A DNA stretch of 64,000 nucleotides from an uncultured Phycisphaeraceae bacterium (GTDB taxonomy: Bacteria; Planctomycetota; Phycisphaerae; UBA1845), in NCBI GenBank assembly GCA_964424105.1, contig CAYRHJ010000016.1:75520-139519 (forward strand). Reading direction: 5' to 3'. The notes under the pieces are model-generated. The model made no database searches. It saw nothing but the letters and a program-made list of their open reading frames with translations, and was not told the DNA's origin. Positions 45,350-55,196 of the stretch are shown in pieces. Position 1 is the first letter of the stretch, and every line of letters begins with the position of its first letter. The position numbers were made by a program, and so were the translations under genes.

Positions 45350-45543
45350 GACGATCGTACATTCGACGAGCGACGAGTCGGCCCCGGTCGTATCGCGAAT
45401 TGCGCGAAACGCGGCGCCCGCGACGCGATAATGCGCCCGCGGCGCCCGCGATGCGACGGTGCGCCCGACCCGACTCCCATCATCCGTTCGCCGAATGGTG
45501 GACGGGAAACGACGGGATGGCCCGCGTCGCAGGTATTGGCTGC

Positions 45544-46413
45544 ATGAAAGAGTTCAAGAGATTCTTCAAGCGCGGGTTGGCGGCGCTCGCCCCCACCCTT
45601 TTGACCTTGGCGCTGCTTGTTTGGGCCTATCGTTTTATCGATCAGAACATCGGCTCGTACATCACCGGACTCGTCGTCAAGATGTACGCTTGGGGAGGCC
45701 CCCCGCACGCGGGCCTGGGAATCGACAAAGAAGCGACCTTGACCTACGGCGATCCCATTGACGAATGGGATCCCAACGTTTCAGGCCGGCGACTCACCGT
45801 TCAGTTCAAGGCGGTCACCAACCAGGCCCTCGGCTCTTCAGATGAAAAAATCAGACGTGAAGCTCAAAAGGCCGAACGCGAGGCGCTTTGGGACGTCGCC
45901 ACGCGCAAGTGGCGATTCTTCAACGCCATCGGTTTTGTCATCGCAATTGCTCTAATCTACTTTGTCGGCTATTTTCTTGCTAGTTTCGTGGGAAGTAAGA
46001 CTTGGCCTTTCGTCGAATCGGTGCTGCTTCGCATGCCGATCATCAAGGCCATCTACCCGAACATCAAGCAAGTCACGGATTTGCTGATTTCGGATCAGAA
46101 GCTGGAGTTTGCAGGCGTTGTGGCTGTTCAGTACCCCAGGAAAGGGATTTGGTCGATCGGACTGGTCACGGGAAAAGCCATGAGAGCGATGCGAGAAGCC
46201 GATTCGCGCGATCTCCTGACCGTGTTTGTGCCCAGCTCGCCGACCCCGTTTACAGGCTATACCATCACGGTCAGCCGGGAAGATATTATCGAACTCGATC
46301 TGAGCATCGATGAAGCGCTGCGATATACCGTCAGCGGAGGGGTTCTGACGCCCGGCGAGCACACCACAACTGTGCCACGGGAGCCGAATGTAAGTATGTT
46401 ACCGAAGGCCTAA
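45544..46413 (+). CDS. DUF502 family membrane protein
   Basis: MKEFKRFFKRGLAALAPTLLTLALLVWAYRFID N-terminus and C-terminal VFVPSSPTPFTGYTITVSREDIIELDLSIDEALRYTVSGG match the DUF502 pattern. The ORF is open from 45400. Confidence 0.8.
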   Translation: MKEFKRFFKRGLAALAPTLLTLALLVWAYRFIDQNIGSYITGLVVKMYAWGGPPHAGLGIDKEATLTYGDPIDEWDPNVSGRRLTVQFKAVTNQALGSSDEKIRREAQKAEREALWDVATRKWRFFNAIGFVIAIALIYFVGYFLASFVGSKTWPFVESVLLRMPIIKAIYPNIKQVTDLLISDQKLEFAGVVAVQYPRKGIWSIGLVTGKAMRAMREADSRDLLTVFVPSSPTPFTGYTITVSREDIIELDLSIDEALRYTVSGGVLTPGEHTTTVPREPNVSMLPKA

Positions 46414-46467
46414 ACGTATGAATCAATTGGAATTTGCGGTCAACGCAATTTTTTGGGGAGGTCATCC

Positions 46468-46800
46468 GTGCAAATTACCGTGACCGGACGACATGTTGAA
46501 GTACCGCAGGAAGTCAAGGACTACACCGTCAAGAAGGCTGAAAAACTCCTTCGCTTCTATGACAAAATTCAGGCCATCGAGGTTCTGTGGGACCACGAGG
46601 GCGAACAGTTTTCCATCGAAATGATGGTCAACGCCGGTTCACGTAACACGTTCATCGGCCGTGAAATCGGCCCCGACACCTCCACCCTCGTGGACGTCGT
46701 CGTGGACAAACTTGAACGGCAGATCACCAAGCACAAAGAGAAATCCCGTAACCGCCATCAGGGGAACCGCAAGCCCTCGGCGCTAGATGGACTTGAGTAG
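46468..46800 (+). CDS. hpf: ribosome hibernation promoting factor (short HPF/RaiA family)
   Basis: VQITVTGRHVEVPQEVKDYTVKKAEKLLRFYDKI...VVDKLERQITKHKEK. GGAGG 7 nt upstream of the GTG at 46468. Confidence 0.9.
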   Translation: MQITVTGRHVEVPQEVKDYTVKKAEKLLRFYDKIQAIEVLWDHEGEQFSIEMMVNAGSRNTFIGREIGPDTSTLVDVVVDKLERQITKHKEKSRNRHQGNRKPSALDGLE

Positions 46801-46834
46801 ACTTGACAGGTCTGCGTGAGGATCGGAACAGATT

Positions 46835-47308
46835 ATGAATTTGAGCGATTTTGTTGTTTGCGATTCAATCATCCCCGATCTGAAGGCTACGGATCGGAAC
46901 GGAGTGATCTACGAGTTGGTGAATGCGCTGGCTGATCATGGCACTTTTTCGCACGATAGCGTTGAAACCATTGCAAAAATTGCCATCAAACGCGAGAACG
47001 AGGGCAGTACCGGTTTCGGCAAGGGCGTCGCCGTCCCGCACGTGAAGTACGGAGAAATCAAGCACATGGCGGCCACCATCGGCCGTTCCAGCACCGGGAT
47101 CGACTTTTCCGCCCTCGATCGTGCGCCGGTCTACACCATCGTTCTGTTGGTCAGCCCGAAAGACGATCCCGACGCCCATTTGGCCGCCATGGAGCAGATC
47201 TTTCGCCATCTCCAACGTGAAAACTTCCGCCGCTTCCTGCGACAAGCGGATTCAAAAGAAGCGTTGATCGAACTCATCAAAGAGGCCGACGAATTCGCAA
47301 GCGGGTGA
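46835..47308 (+). CDS. ptsN: PTS EIIA-Ntr type regulatory protein
   Basis: 157 aa. Phosphorylation-site region GFGKGVAVPHVK. Sits immediately after hpf, as in rpoN-region operons. Confidence 0.88.
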   Translation: MNLSDFVVCDSIIPDLKATDRNGVIYELVNALADHGTFSHDSVETIAKIAIKRENEGSTGFGKGVAVPHVKYGEIKHMAATIGRSSTGIDFSALDRAPVYTIVLLVSPKDDPDAHLAAMEQIFRHLQRENFRRFLRQADSKEALIELIKEADEFASG

Positions 47309-47380
47309 TCCCCGTGGCTTTCGTTTGCCTACTATCTGACTGAATTCGCTGGCGGATCTGGGTCAGGGACAAAACCTATC

Positions 47381-47680
47381 ATGTCCGAACCGAACGCATC
47401 GGCCCAACAAAAAGCCACCATCCTGAATCGCGAGGGCTTTCATTCCCGACCCGTCATGAAATTCGTGGAATTGGCGCAGACGTTTGCCAGTCAAATTCGG
47501 GTTCGCAAGAATCACCCCAACTCGACAGACATCGATGGCAAGAGCGCCATGGAACTGATGTTGCTCGGCGCCACCGCGGGAACCCAGCTAATAATCACCG
47601 CGAATGGTCACGACGCCCAAGATGCGGTGGCGGCATTGGCCGATCTGATCAGCCGACGGTTCGGAACCGAAACTTTGTAA
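47381..47680 (+). CDS. ptsH: HPr/NPr phosphocarrier protein
   Basis: 99 aa. Active-site GFHSRP (His) and the DGKSAMELMLLG Ser region. Confidence 0.88.
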   Translation: MSEPNASAQQKATILNREGFHSRPVMKFVELAQTFASQIRVRKNHPNSTDIDGKSAMELMLLGATAGTQLIITANGHDAQDAVAALADLISRRFGTETL

Positions 47681-47704
47681 CGCCAATCACCATTTCCACG
47701 CCGG

Positions 47705-47733
47705 TTGTAAATGTCCACTTCATTTGCCATAAT
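47705..47733 (+). promoter_or_regulatory. sigma-70-like promoter upstream of ptsI
   Basis: TTGTAA-N17-CATAAT in the AT-richer 185-bp gap between HPr and ptsI. It is uncertain whether E. coli-type consensus applies in this phylum. Confidence 0.3.
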
Positions 47734-47865
47734 GTATTTGCCCGAATTAGTGCACTTGTCCCTATCCTTATAATCCGTTACGATCGCGACCCTGCAAAAG
47801 CGCGATTGTCGTAGGTTTGGCCACGCGGCGTCACGGCTGGCATTTTCAGCGTAAGCAGAACATTC

Positions 47866-49605
47866 ATGCATATTTTGACGGGCATCGCAGTGTCGCCGGG
47901 CGTGGCCATCGCGCCCGTCGTCGTCCTTGACGCCGAAGATCTGCGAATTCCCGAACGAGTCATCGTCGCATCTAAAATAAAGCAAGAACTTGCAAAACTT
48001 GAAAACGCCATTAAACAGTCAATTGAAGATTTACAGCAACAAAGACAATCAGTTTGCGATCGACTTGGAACAGACGCCGGCGACGTATTCAACTGGCATA
48101 TTGGCGTGCTGAAGGATGTGCCCATTCGTCGCGACATCGTCAAATTGATCGAGCAACGAAAATATTCCGCCGCCTACGCGACGAGCACGGTGATGCGTAA
48201 CCAGCAACGGCGTTTCTTGCAAATGAGCGACCCGTTGTTGGCTGAACGAATCCGGGACGTTCAGGATATCGAACGAAGGCTCTTGCGAAATCTCCTGGGG
48301 GAAGCGGCTGAGGACCTTGCCCACCTGACGCAGGAAGTCATTCTGGTCTCCCACGACCTGACCACCTCGCAGACGGCTCGGCTGTCCGAAACGATGGTGG
48401 CCGGTGTGGCCTTGGACGTCGGCGGCCCCACTTCTCACACAGCCATTTTGTTGCGTTCCTGGGGGCGCCCCGCGGTCGTCGGTTTGACAAGCCTGTCGGG
48501 CTTGGTCAGTGGCGGCGATACCGTGATCGTCGACGGCGTGAACCACATGGTGATCGTCAACCCGGACAAGGCGACACTTTCGGAATATCGCAAACGTCAG
48601 GATGACTTCCGCAGGCTGACGGACCAACTGGTGAAGATTCGCGATCTCCCGTCCGTGACAAGGGATGAGGAGGCGGTTCACTTGCTGGCCAACATCGAGT
48701 ACCCGCGGGAAGTCGAAGTGAGCATCGAAAAAGGAGCGGAAGGAATCGGGCTTTATCGCACGGAATTCCTGTTCCTGCGTGAAAACCAACCGGACGAGGA
48801 AGAGCAGTACGAGGCCTACCTGGAAGCGTTTCGCAGCGCCCGCGGTCGCCCGGTGACGGTTCGAACTTTTGACCTGGGCGCGGACAAGGTGACGCAGGGT
48901 CGATCGCTCGAACCGGAGCGGAATCCCATGCTCGGCAATCGGTCGCTGCGTTACAGCTTGCAGAACTTGGCCATGTTCAAGAATCAGCTCCGCGCCATCC
49001 TGCGGGCGGCGGTGCAGGGCAACGTGCGGCTTATGTTCCCCTTGGTAACGAGCCTGACGGAGCTGAGACAGGCCAAGATGACACTGCTGGATGCCATGGA
49101 GGATTTGGAGGAGGCCGGTCTGGATTTCAAGCGAGATATCGAAGTCGGCATGATGCTGGAAACGCCTGCGGCGGCCTGTCAATGCAAGGAATTCGCCCGG
49201 GAAGTGTCGTTCATCAGCATCGGCACCAATGACCTGATCCAGTATTTGTTGGCTGCTGACCGAGGAAACGAACGGGTCTCGCGGTACTATTCACCCAGTC
49301 ATCCAGCCGTCATTCGTACGCTTCGCGACGTCATTCGCGCTTGTAAGAAGGCCCAGGTTGACGTTAGTCTATGCGGGGAGATGGCCGGCGAGCCGATATA
49401 CACTCTGCTGCTGGTTGGAATGGGATTGCGTTCGCTATCGATGGCTCCGAACAACATTCCGGAAATCAAGAAGCTCGTTCGGACGTGTACGGTGGCCCGG
49501 GCGGAACGTGTGGCTCGGCGGGCCTTGACGCTGGAAACCGACGCGCAGGTCTCGTACTACCTGCGCTCTGAAACGAAGAAATTGTTGCCGGACGATCCCA
49601 TATGA
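47866..49605 (+). CDS. ptsI: phosphoenolpyruvate-protein phosphotransferase (PTS enzyme I)
   Basis: GGPTSHTAILLRSWGRPAVVG phospho-His motif, GIGLYRTEFLF, C-terminal SIGTNDLIQY. No N-terminal GAF domain. Confidence 0.93.
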   Translation: MHILTGIAVSPGVAIAPVVVLDAEDLRIPERVIVASKIKQELAKLENAIKQSIEDLQQQRQSVCDRLGTDAGDVFNWHIGVLKDVPIRRDIVKLIEQRKYSAAYATSTVMRNQQRRFLQMSDPLLAERIRDVQDIERRLLRNLLGEAAEDLAHLTQEVILVSHDLTTSQTARLSETMVAGVALDVGGPTSHTAILLRSWGRPAVVGLTSLSGLVSGGDTVIVDGVNHMVIVNPDKATLSEYRKRQDDFRRLTDQLVKIRDLPSVTRDEEAVHLLANIEYPREVEVSIEKGAEGIGLYRTEFLFLRENQPDEEEQYEAYLEAFRSARGRPVTVRTFDLGADKVTQGRSLEPERNPMLGNRSLRYSLQNLAMFKNQLRAILRAAVQGNVRLMFPLVTSLTELRQAKMTLLDAMEDLEEAGLDFKRDIEVGMMLETPAAACQCKEFAREVSFISIGTNDLIQYLLAADRGNERVSRYYSPSHPAVIRTLRDVIRACKKAQVDVSLCGEMAGEPIYTLLLVGMGLRSLSMAPNNIPEIKKLVRTCTVARAERVARRALTLETDAQVSYYLRSETKKLLPDDPI

Positions 49606-49642
49606 GCCGTTGGGTTCAGGGGTCGAAAGGCGGAAACAGGAC

Positions 49643-50380
49643 ATGTCGAATCCGGAATCGGCGACCCATCGCCGGATTCTCGATTCGGATGAGTGGTGCA
49701 ACCTGCAAACGTTCCTCGCGGAACAAGTCGGCGTGGACCGCCCGACGGCCATCGACTTTGCCGTGGACGGTGACTTGCGTTTTCTTTCTCATCAGGAAAT
49801 GCTGACGCTTTGGGCTAGGGCCTGTATTCGCGCCAAGCTGCCCGTGCGGCGCACGGAAGGATTCAACCCCAGACCCAAGCTCTCGCTGCCCCTCCCTCGC
49901 CCGGTGGGGGTCGCATCGCAATGCGAGCGCCTGGTGCTCACATTGAATGAGCCGATGACAGCGCAATCGCTCAGGGAGGCTTTGTCCCCGGTCTTGCCGC
50001 CGGGTATCGACATCCTGCACCTGGCCGACGCCCAACCCGACGAATGTTTGCCGCAGCGCGTCACTTACACCGTCACCATCAAACCACATGAAAGGCAAGT
50101 GGCGGCTGATCAGGCCAGAAGATGTCTCGAATGCAATCCCGTTTGGCACGAACGCTACGTTCACAAGGAATCGAGAAACAAGATGATTGATTTGCGGCCT
50201 TACATCGACAGCATCGACGTACAGCCGACACAAGTCCTGTTCTCGTTGTGGGTGACCGCGGGCGGGACGGCCAAGCCCGTGGAAATATGCCGCGAGTTGG
50301 GACTCGACGAGACCATCGAAGCACGTCTGTTATGCCGCCGGGAAATTCAATGGCAATCGAAACGGTCAACCAACCCGTGA
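49643..50380 (+). CDS. DUF2344 (TIGR03936-type, radical-SAM-associated) protein, stand-alone
   Basis: DGDLRFLSHQEMLTLWARACIRAKLPVRRTEGFNPRPKLSLPLPRPVGVAS matches the DUF2344 signature. Start uncertain; the ORF is open from 49610. Confidence 0.8.
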   Translation: MSNPESATHRRILDSDEWCNLQTFLAEQVGVDRPTAIDFAVDGDLRFLSHQEMLTLWARACIRAKLPVRRTEGFNPRPKLSLPLPRPVGVASQCERLVLTLNEPMTAQSLREALSPVLPPGIDILHLADAQPDECLPQRVTYTVTIKPHERQVAADQARRCLECNPVWHERYVHKESRNKMIDLRPYIDSIDVQPTQVLFSLWVTAGGTAKPVEICRELGLDETIEARLLCRREIQWQSKRSTNP

Positions 50381-52347
50381 GCCGAGAGCAAGAGAAAAAA
50401 CAACCGTCGGATTTGACGGCCACTCGAAAGATCAAGCGCCGACGCGGGCGGCGAACCAGTGAATCCGCCAGAAGTGAAGCCCCACCGAGTGATTCTCGCG
50501 AGCGAAGCGCGTCGACGCCACCTTCCACCGCGGATTCCACAGCTTCCAAAACGAGTTCTCGAAGGGGCAGTCGCCCGTCGCGAAGGTCGATGAAACCGGC
50601 TCCGTCGTCGACGGAAACGCCGTCGCCGCGAACACCCTTGCCGCGAACGGGAGACGCGCCATCGACTTCGATCGACAAGCCGAGTGCGCCGGCAGCTTCG
50701 AGCGTGATTCCACCGCGGGGGGACACGACGACGCACGAACCGGATGCGCGATACCAACCCATCCCCGCGTCGCGTGGTGCTCTGAAATTGCCCGCGGCTG
50801 GACGGGGACGCGTCATGTTGATCAATGCCGCGTCGGACGACGAGTGTCGCGTCGCGGTCATATCCGAAAATCGCCTGGAGGAATTGTTCCTGGAGCGGAG
50901 CAGCGCCGTTTCGCACGTCGGAAACATTTACAAGGGTGTTATCACCAACGTCGAGCCAAGCATTCAGGCTGCCTTCGTAAACTTCGGCCTGCCCAAACAC
51001 GGATTCCTGCACATCTCCGACGTTCAGCCGCAGTATTTTGGCGGTCGAGGCGGTGAGTCCGAAGGGGTGGGCATGAAAGTGCCCCGTCGAAATCGCCCGC
51101 CTATTCAGGAATGTTTTCGCCGTGGGCAGGAAGTGATGGTGCAGATTACCAAGGAGGGCGTGGGCACCAAAGGCCCCACCTTGACCACCTACCTGTCGAT
51201 CCCCGGTCGATACCTGGTGATGATGCCGGGCATGAGTCGCCTGGGAGTGTCTCGAAAAATCGAGGAAGATGAACAGCGGCAGCAAATGCGCGGCGTTTTG
51301 AATCAATTGAAACTGCCCAAGGACATGGGGTTCATCCTGCGGACCGCGGGCATGGATCGCACCAAGCGAGACTTGCAACGCGATTTGAATTATCTCCAAC
51401 GGCTATGGAAGACGGTCGTGCATCAGGTTCGGCAGACCAAAGCCCCCGCGGAGCTTTACAAAGAATCCGACCTGGTGACGCGGACCATCCGCGACCTGTT
51501 CAGCAGCGAATTCGACAAGATCATCGTCGATAATGAAACCACGGCGGAACACGTCCGCACGTTCCTGCGCATCGCCATGCCCCGAACACCCGACAAGATC
51601 GTCGAAGTGTACGAAGGTCGTGAACCGATCTTTCATCACTACAACGTCGAACACCAGATCGAAGCCATTCACTCCCGCAAGGTGGAATTGCCCTCCGGCG
51701 GCTCGATCGTGATCGATTCCACCGAAGCCATGGTGGCCATCGACGTCAACAGTGGAAAATTCCGACGCGTCACCGCGGAAGAGGAAATGGCCTACCAGAC
51801 GAATCTGGAAGCGGCAAAGGAAATCGCCAAGCAACTCCGTTTACGCGATCTCGGCGGCCTGATCGTGTGCGATTTCATTGATATGCGTATGGATCGGCAC
51901 AAACGCATTATTGAACGAACCTTGCGCGACGAGCTGAAGAAGCACAAAGAGCGGGCACAAATCCTGCGTATGAGCAAGTTCGGGCTGATCGAGATGACGC
52001 GGCAGCGGCAAGGCCCGCCGCTCGATCGCGGCGTCTATACGGACTGTCCGCACTGCAAAGGGAGCGGACTGGTCAAGAATCGCGAATCGATGACCTTGCA
52101 CGTGATGCGAATCATTCAAACCATGATTCACCGCGCGGACGTGAGCAAACTCATGGTGACCGTTTCGCAGGAAGTAGCCATCGAGCTGTTGAACAAAAAG
52201 CGGTCGGCCTTGCACCATTTGGAAACCGAGTCCGGCAAGATCATTTTGATTCGCAGCGATCCAGCCTATATCTGGGACCAACAGGATTACAAAGTTGAGG
52301 ATCCGCGAGGCCGAATCACTCGCTTGAATGTCGACGCGGTTCAATAG
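50350..52347 (+). CDS. rne: ribonuclease E/G family endoribonuclease with an Arg/Ser/Pro-rich N-terminal extension
   Basis: S1 domain GNIYKGVITNVEPSIQAAFVNFG..KHGFLHISDV, catalytic DLGGLIVCDFIDM, Zn-link CPHCKGSG. The start could be 50350 (MAIETV) or as late as 50815 (MLINAASD). The ORF is open from 50248. Confidence 0.9.
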   Translation: MAIETVNQPVSREQEKKQPSDLTATRKIKRRRGRRTSESARSEAPPSDSRERSASTPPSTADSTASKTSSRRGSRPSRRSMKPAPSSTETPSPRTPLPRTGDAPSTSIDKPSAPAASSVIPPRGDTTTHEPDARYQPIPASRGALKLPAAGRGRVMLINAASDDECRVAVISENRLEELFLERSSAVSHVGNIYKGVITNVEPSIQAAFVNFGLPKHGFLHISDVQPQYFGGRGGESEGVGMKVPRRNRPPIQECFRRGQEVMVQITKEGVGTKGPTLTTYLSIPGRYLVMMPGMSRLGVSRKIEEDEQRQQMRGVLNQLKLPKDMGFILRTAGMDRTKRDLQRDLNYLQRLWKTVVHQVRQTKAPAELYKESDLVTRTIRDLFSSEFDKIIVDNETTAEHVRTFLRIAMPRTPDKIVEVYEGREPIFHHYNVEHQIEAIHSRKVELPSGGSIVIDSTEAMVAIDVNSGKFRRVTAEEEMAYQTNLEAAKEIAKQLRLRDLGGLIVCDFIDMRMDRHKRIIERTLRDELKKHKERAQILRMSKFGLIEMTRQRQGPPLDRGVYTDCPHCKGSGLVKNRESMTLHVMRIIQTMIHRADVSKLMVTVSQEVAIELLNKKRSALHHLETESGKIILIRSDPAYIWDQQDYKVEDPRGRITRLNVDAVQ

Positions 52348-52453
52348 GGTCCGTGAAAGTTCAGGCGGGTGGAATTTCACCCCGCAAGGGGCGACGGAAC
52401 GATCCCGCCTATCGTGTCCCGCACGCCCGCCTGCGCGCTGGATTCCGGCTTGC

Positions 52454-52595
52454 GGCGGAACCCGTGGGATGGAGACTGCAAAAATAAATCAAGCCCCGGC
52501 AGGGGCGCGGGAGTGTAGCCACGGGTGCAGCCGCCGCAGGAGGCGGAACCCGTGGAATGGAGACTGCGAAAATGGATCAAGCCCCGGCAGGGGCG
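52454..52595. repeat. direct duplication of a ~54-bp unit with an 88-bp period
   Basis: ggcggaacccgtgggatggagactgcaaaaataaatcaagccccggcaggggcg (52454-52507) versus ggcggaacccgtggaatggagactgcgaaaatggatcaagccccggcaggggcg (52542-52595). Small GC hairpins lie between and after the copies. Confidence 0.85.
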
Positions 52596-52955
52596 GCGGA
52601 ATGGCTCCGCCTAACGTGTCATGCACCCCGTCCAATAAAACCGAAACCCGAACAAGATGACGAACGGTCGATCGCCCGGTAGAATGCACGCCCGCCGTGG
52701 TCCGAGGCGTGATCGGACCGGCGATGCGAGTGGCACGATTTGCGGGGGATGAATTAGAAACAGCAGATTTCAGCCGATAGCTATCAATCGGAGCCGTTTC
52801 GACCAGACGGGCAATCCAAGTGGTTTGGCGTTTCTCGCACCGTGGCCAGACGTTTGAGCGCTCGTTGCATCGACGGCCTTCGATTCATTCGTTTCAACCG
52901 GAAACGCGCAGGTTCATCGGAGTTGAAATCCTTGCATCCGGAATTAGGCGTACCC

Positions 52956-54410
52956 ATGGTCGAACCTACCGCCGCGCATGCACATCATCGATTGACGGGC
53001 CTATCCAAACTTGCCATCGGCGGGGCGGGGCTGATTCTGCTGCTGTTGATCTATCAAGCTTATTTCGGAAACGACGGCAGTCATGGCGCCGGCGGCCACG
53101 GTCGGATCCCGCCGCTGGCGGCTTGTATTCCGTTCACCGCGTTGTTGCTATGCATTGCCATTTTGCCGCTGGTGCCCGCGACGGCCCATTGGTGGGAACA
53201 CAATCTGAATCGCCTGGTGGTGTCGCTTTCGCTGGCGGGCATCACCCTGCTCTATTACGCGATCGCGGATGGATTGGCCACGGTTACCACGGTGATGGAG
53301 CACGCGGTGCTTCATGAATACATTCCATTCATCGTGTTGCTGTTTTCGCTGTACGTGATCAGTGGAGGGATTTGCTTCCGCGGCGACATTCCCGCCCATC
53401 CCGGCACCAACACCGTGTTTCTCGGCATCGGAGCCGCCCTGGCCAGCTTTATCGGCACGACCGGCGCCAGCATGCTCCTCATTCGACCGCTGCTACAGAC
53501 CAACAGCGAACGAAAGCACGTCAAACACACGGTGATTTTCTTCATTTTCCTGGTCAGCAACATCGGCGGGCTGCTGCTGCCCATCGGCGACCCACCGTTG
53601 TTTCTGGGATACTTGCGAGGCGTTCCGTTTTTGTGGACGCTGAATTTGTTCGTCCCTTGGTTGGTGACGACCGCCGTTGTTTTGAGCATCTACTTCGTCG
53701 TAGACCATTTCGCCTATCGGCACGAAACCGCGAAAGACATCACCGAAGACGAAACCCATCGCGAGCCGCTGTCACTGACCGGCACGGTCAACTTTGTCTA
53801 TCTGTTGGGAGTGGTGCTGGCTGTTGCCTGGCTGGATTCGTCCAAGGACTTCTTCGGCCTGTTCAAGCCCTTCCCATTCATGCGCGAACTGGTCATGCTG
53901 GCCTTCGTAGCCCTGTCGCTCCGCACGACTCCCGCCGGCGTGCGGGAAGCGAACCGCTTCAATTACCACGCCATCCTGGAAGTCGCAGCCTTGTTCATCG
54001 GCATCTTCATCTGCATGCAGGTGCCCATCGCCATCCTGCACGAGAAAGGCGCAGACCTGGGTTTGCGGGAACCGTGGCATTTCTTCTGGGCCACGGGAAT
54101 ACTTTCGAGCTTTCTCGATAATGCGCCCACCTACGTGGTCTTCTTCGAGACAGCCAAGGTATTGCCCGCCGGCGGTGCCGAGATGGTGACCCTGTCCGAC
54201 GGCGCCATAGCAACGTCCCTCCTGGTTGCGATCAGCCTGGGCTCCGTGTTCATGGGCGCCATGACCTACATCGGCAACGGACCGAATTTCATGGTCAAAA
54301 GCATCGCCGAACAATCCGGGATTCGCATGCCCAGCTTTTTCGGATTCATGCTCTGGAGCGTCGGCATCTTGGTCCCACTTTTTGTGGGTGTCTCGTTGAT
54401 ATTCCTTTAA
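52956..54410 (+). CDS. ArsB/NhaD-superfamily permease (annotated-type 'sodium:proton antiporter'/citrate-transporter-like)
   Basis: About 485 aa with more than 10 TM helices. The FLDNAPTYVVFF motif and overall pattern fit this permease family. Substrate unknown. Start set at MVEPT; the ORF is open from 52842. Confidence 0.75.
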   Translation: MVEPTAAHAHHRLTGLSKLAIGGAGLILLLLIYQAYFGNDGSHGAGGHGRIPPLAACIPFTALLLCIAILPLVPATAHWWEHNLNRLVVSLSLAGITLLYYAIADGLATVTTVMEHAVLHEYIPFIVLLFSLYVISGGICFRGDIPAHPGTNTVFLGIGAALASFIGTTGASMLLIRPLLQTNSERKHVKHTVIFFIFLVSNIGGLLLPIGDPPLFLGYLRGVPFLWTLNLFVPWLVTTAVVLSIYFVVDHFAYRHETAKDITEDETHREPLSLTGTVNFVYLLGVVLAVAWLDSSKDFFGLFKPFPFMRELVMLAFVALSLRTTPAGVREANRFNYHAILEVAALFIGIFICMQVPIAILHEKGADLGLREPWHFFWATGILSSFLDNAPTYVVFFETAKVLPAGGAEMVTLSDGAIATSLLVAISLGSVFMGAMTYIGNGPNFMVKSIAEQSGIRMPSFFGFMLWSVGILVPLFVGVSLIFL

Positions 54411-54573
54411 CATCCGCGCTGGCCTCAACAGCCGCGGCTCGGCTGTGCGAATTGCCTAACTTGCCCAAACTAGCCGTTTGGTCGAGGTGGAATACATTTC
54501 GCGCGAAGCGACTAAGCCAATTCGATTTCGGCAGCCGATCCAATGAATGGAGAATAAGTGAGCAAGGTCATCG

Positions 54574-55143
54574 TTGGTGCAGGTGGGAAAGGAGGTCCCG
54601 ATGTCGCCCGGCAAAGCGCGTCAACTCAAAAGACGTTTTGTCGATCAAGACCGATTCGATGCGCAGAACATCGAAGAATTCCTGATCGGCGAGCCGCCGG
54701 ATCGATTCGACGTTCGGCGGATTAGAATTAATCGACAAGTCGGAAGCACGTTCAGGTCTACACTCGACGACGAAAATTTGATATCAAGCATTTCTCCCGC
54801 CCGCCCTTCATTTTGCGTGGATGGAATTAACGTGGCCAAGAAGCGCAAGGATGCTCAGTTCCCACTGTTCGTTGATGCCTGCAAGGAACGAATCGCACCA
54901 ACGGGTGACGGGTCTCAACACAGCATCGACAACGCCGCCGCGGGATCGGTGGCGTCTGCCACCTCGCACGACCTAAACCCCGCGCCGCACGAAAGTTACA
55001 ATTTTCGACCGCGGCGCGATCGGTCCGTACGATCTGACCTGCGTCCGGGTCATAGCGATGGATTTGATATGAAGCGTTTTGTACTCGGTCTGATGGTGGG
55101 TGGATGTTTAACGACGGCGACCATCATTCTTCTGGTGCTTTAA
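54574..55143 (+). CDS. hypothetical tail-anchored protein (weak call)
   Basis: 189-aa ORF in an otherwise empty 786-bp gap. Ends in a TM helix MKRFVLGLMVGGCLTTATIILLVL. No family. Composition is less GC-rich than its neighbours. Confidence 0.3.
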   Translation: MVQVGKEVPMSPGKARQLKRRFVDQDRFDAQNIEEFLIGEPPDRFDVRRIRINRQVGSTFRSTLDDENLISSISPARPSFCVDGINVAKKRKDAQFPLFVDACKERIAPTGDGSQHSIDNAAAGSVASATSHDLNPAPHESYNFRPRRDRSVRSDLRPGHSDGFDMKRFVLGLMVGGCLTTATIILLVL

Positions 55144-55196
55144 TACGAGGCTTGCGGTCGGAAGTCTTGCGAATCCATCGGATGCGATAAATCAAG

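Noticed and set aside
48049-49182. 377-aa minus-strand ORF
   Set aside because: It is antisense to ptsI. The translation is Arg/Gln/His-rich nonsense.
50347-51399. 350-aa minus-strand ORF (and 50079-50927, 51841-52380)
   Set aside because: All are antisense to RNase E/G and DUF2344.
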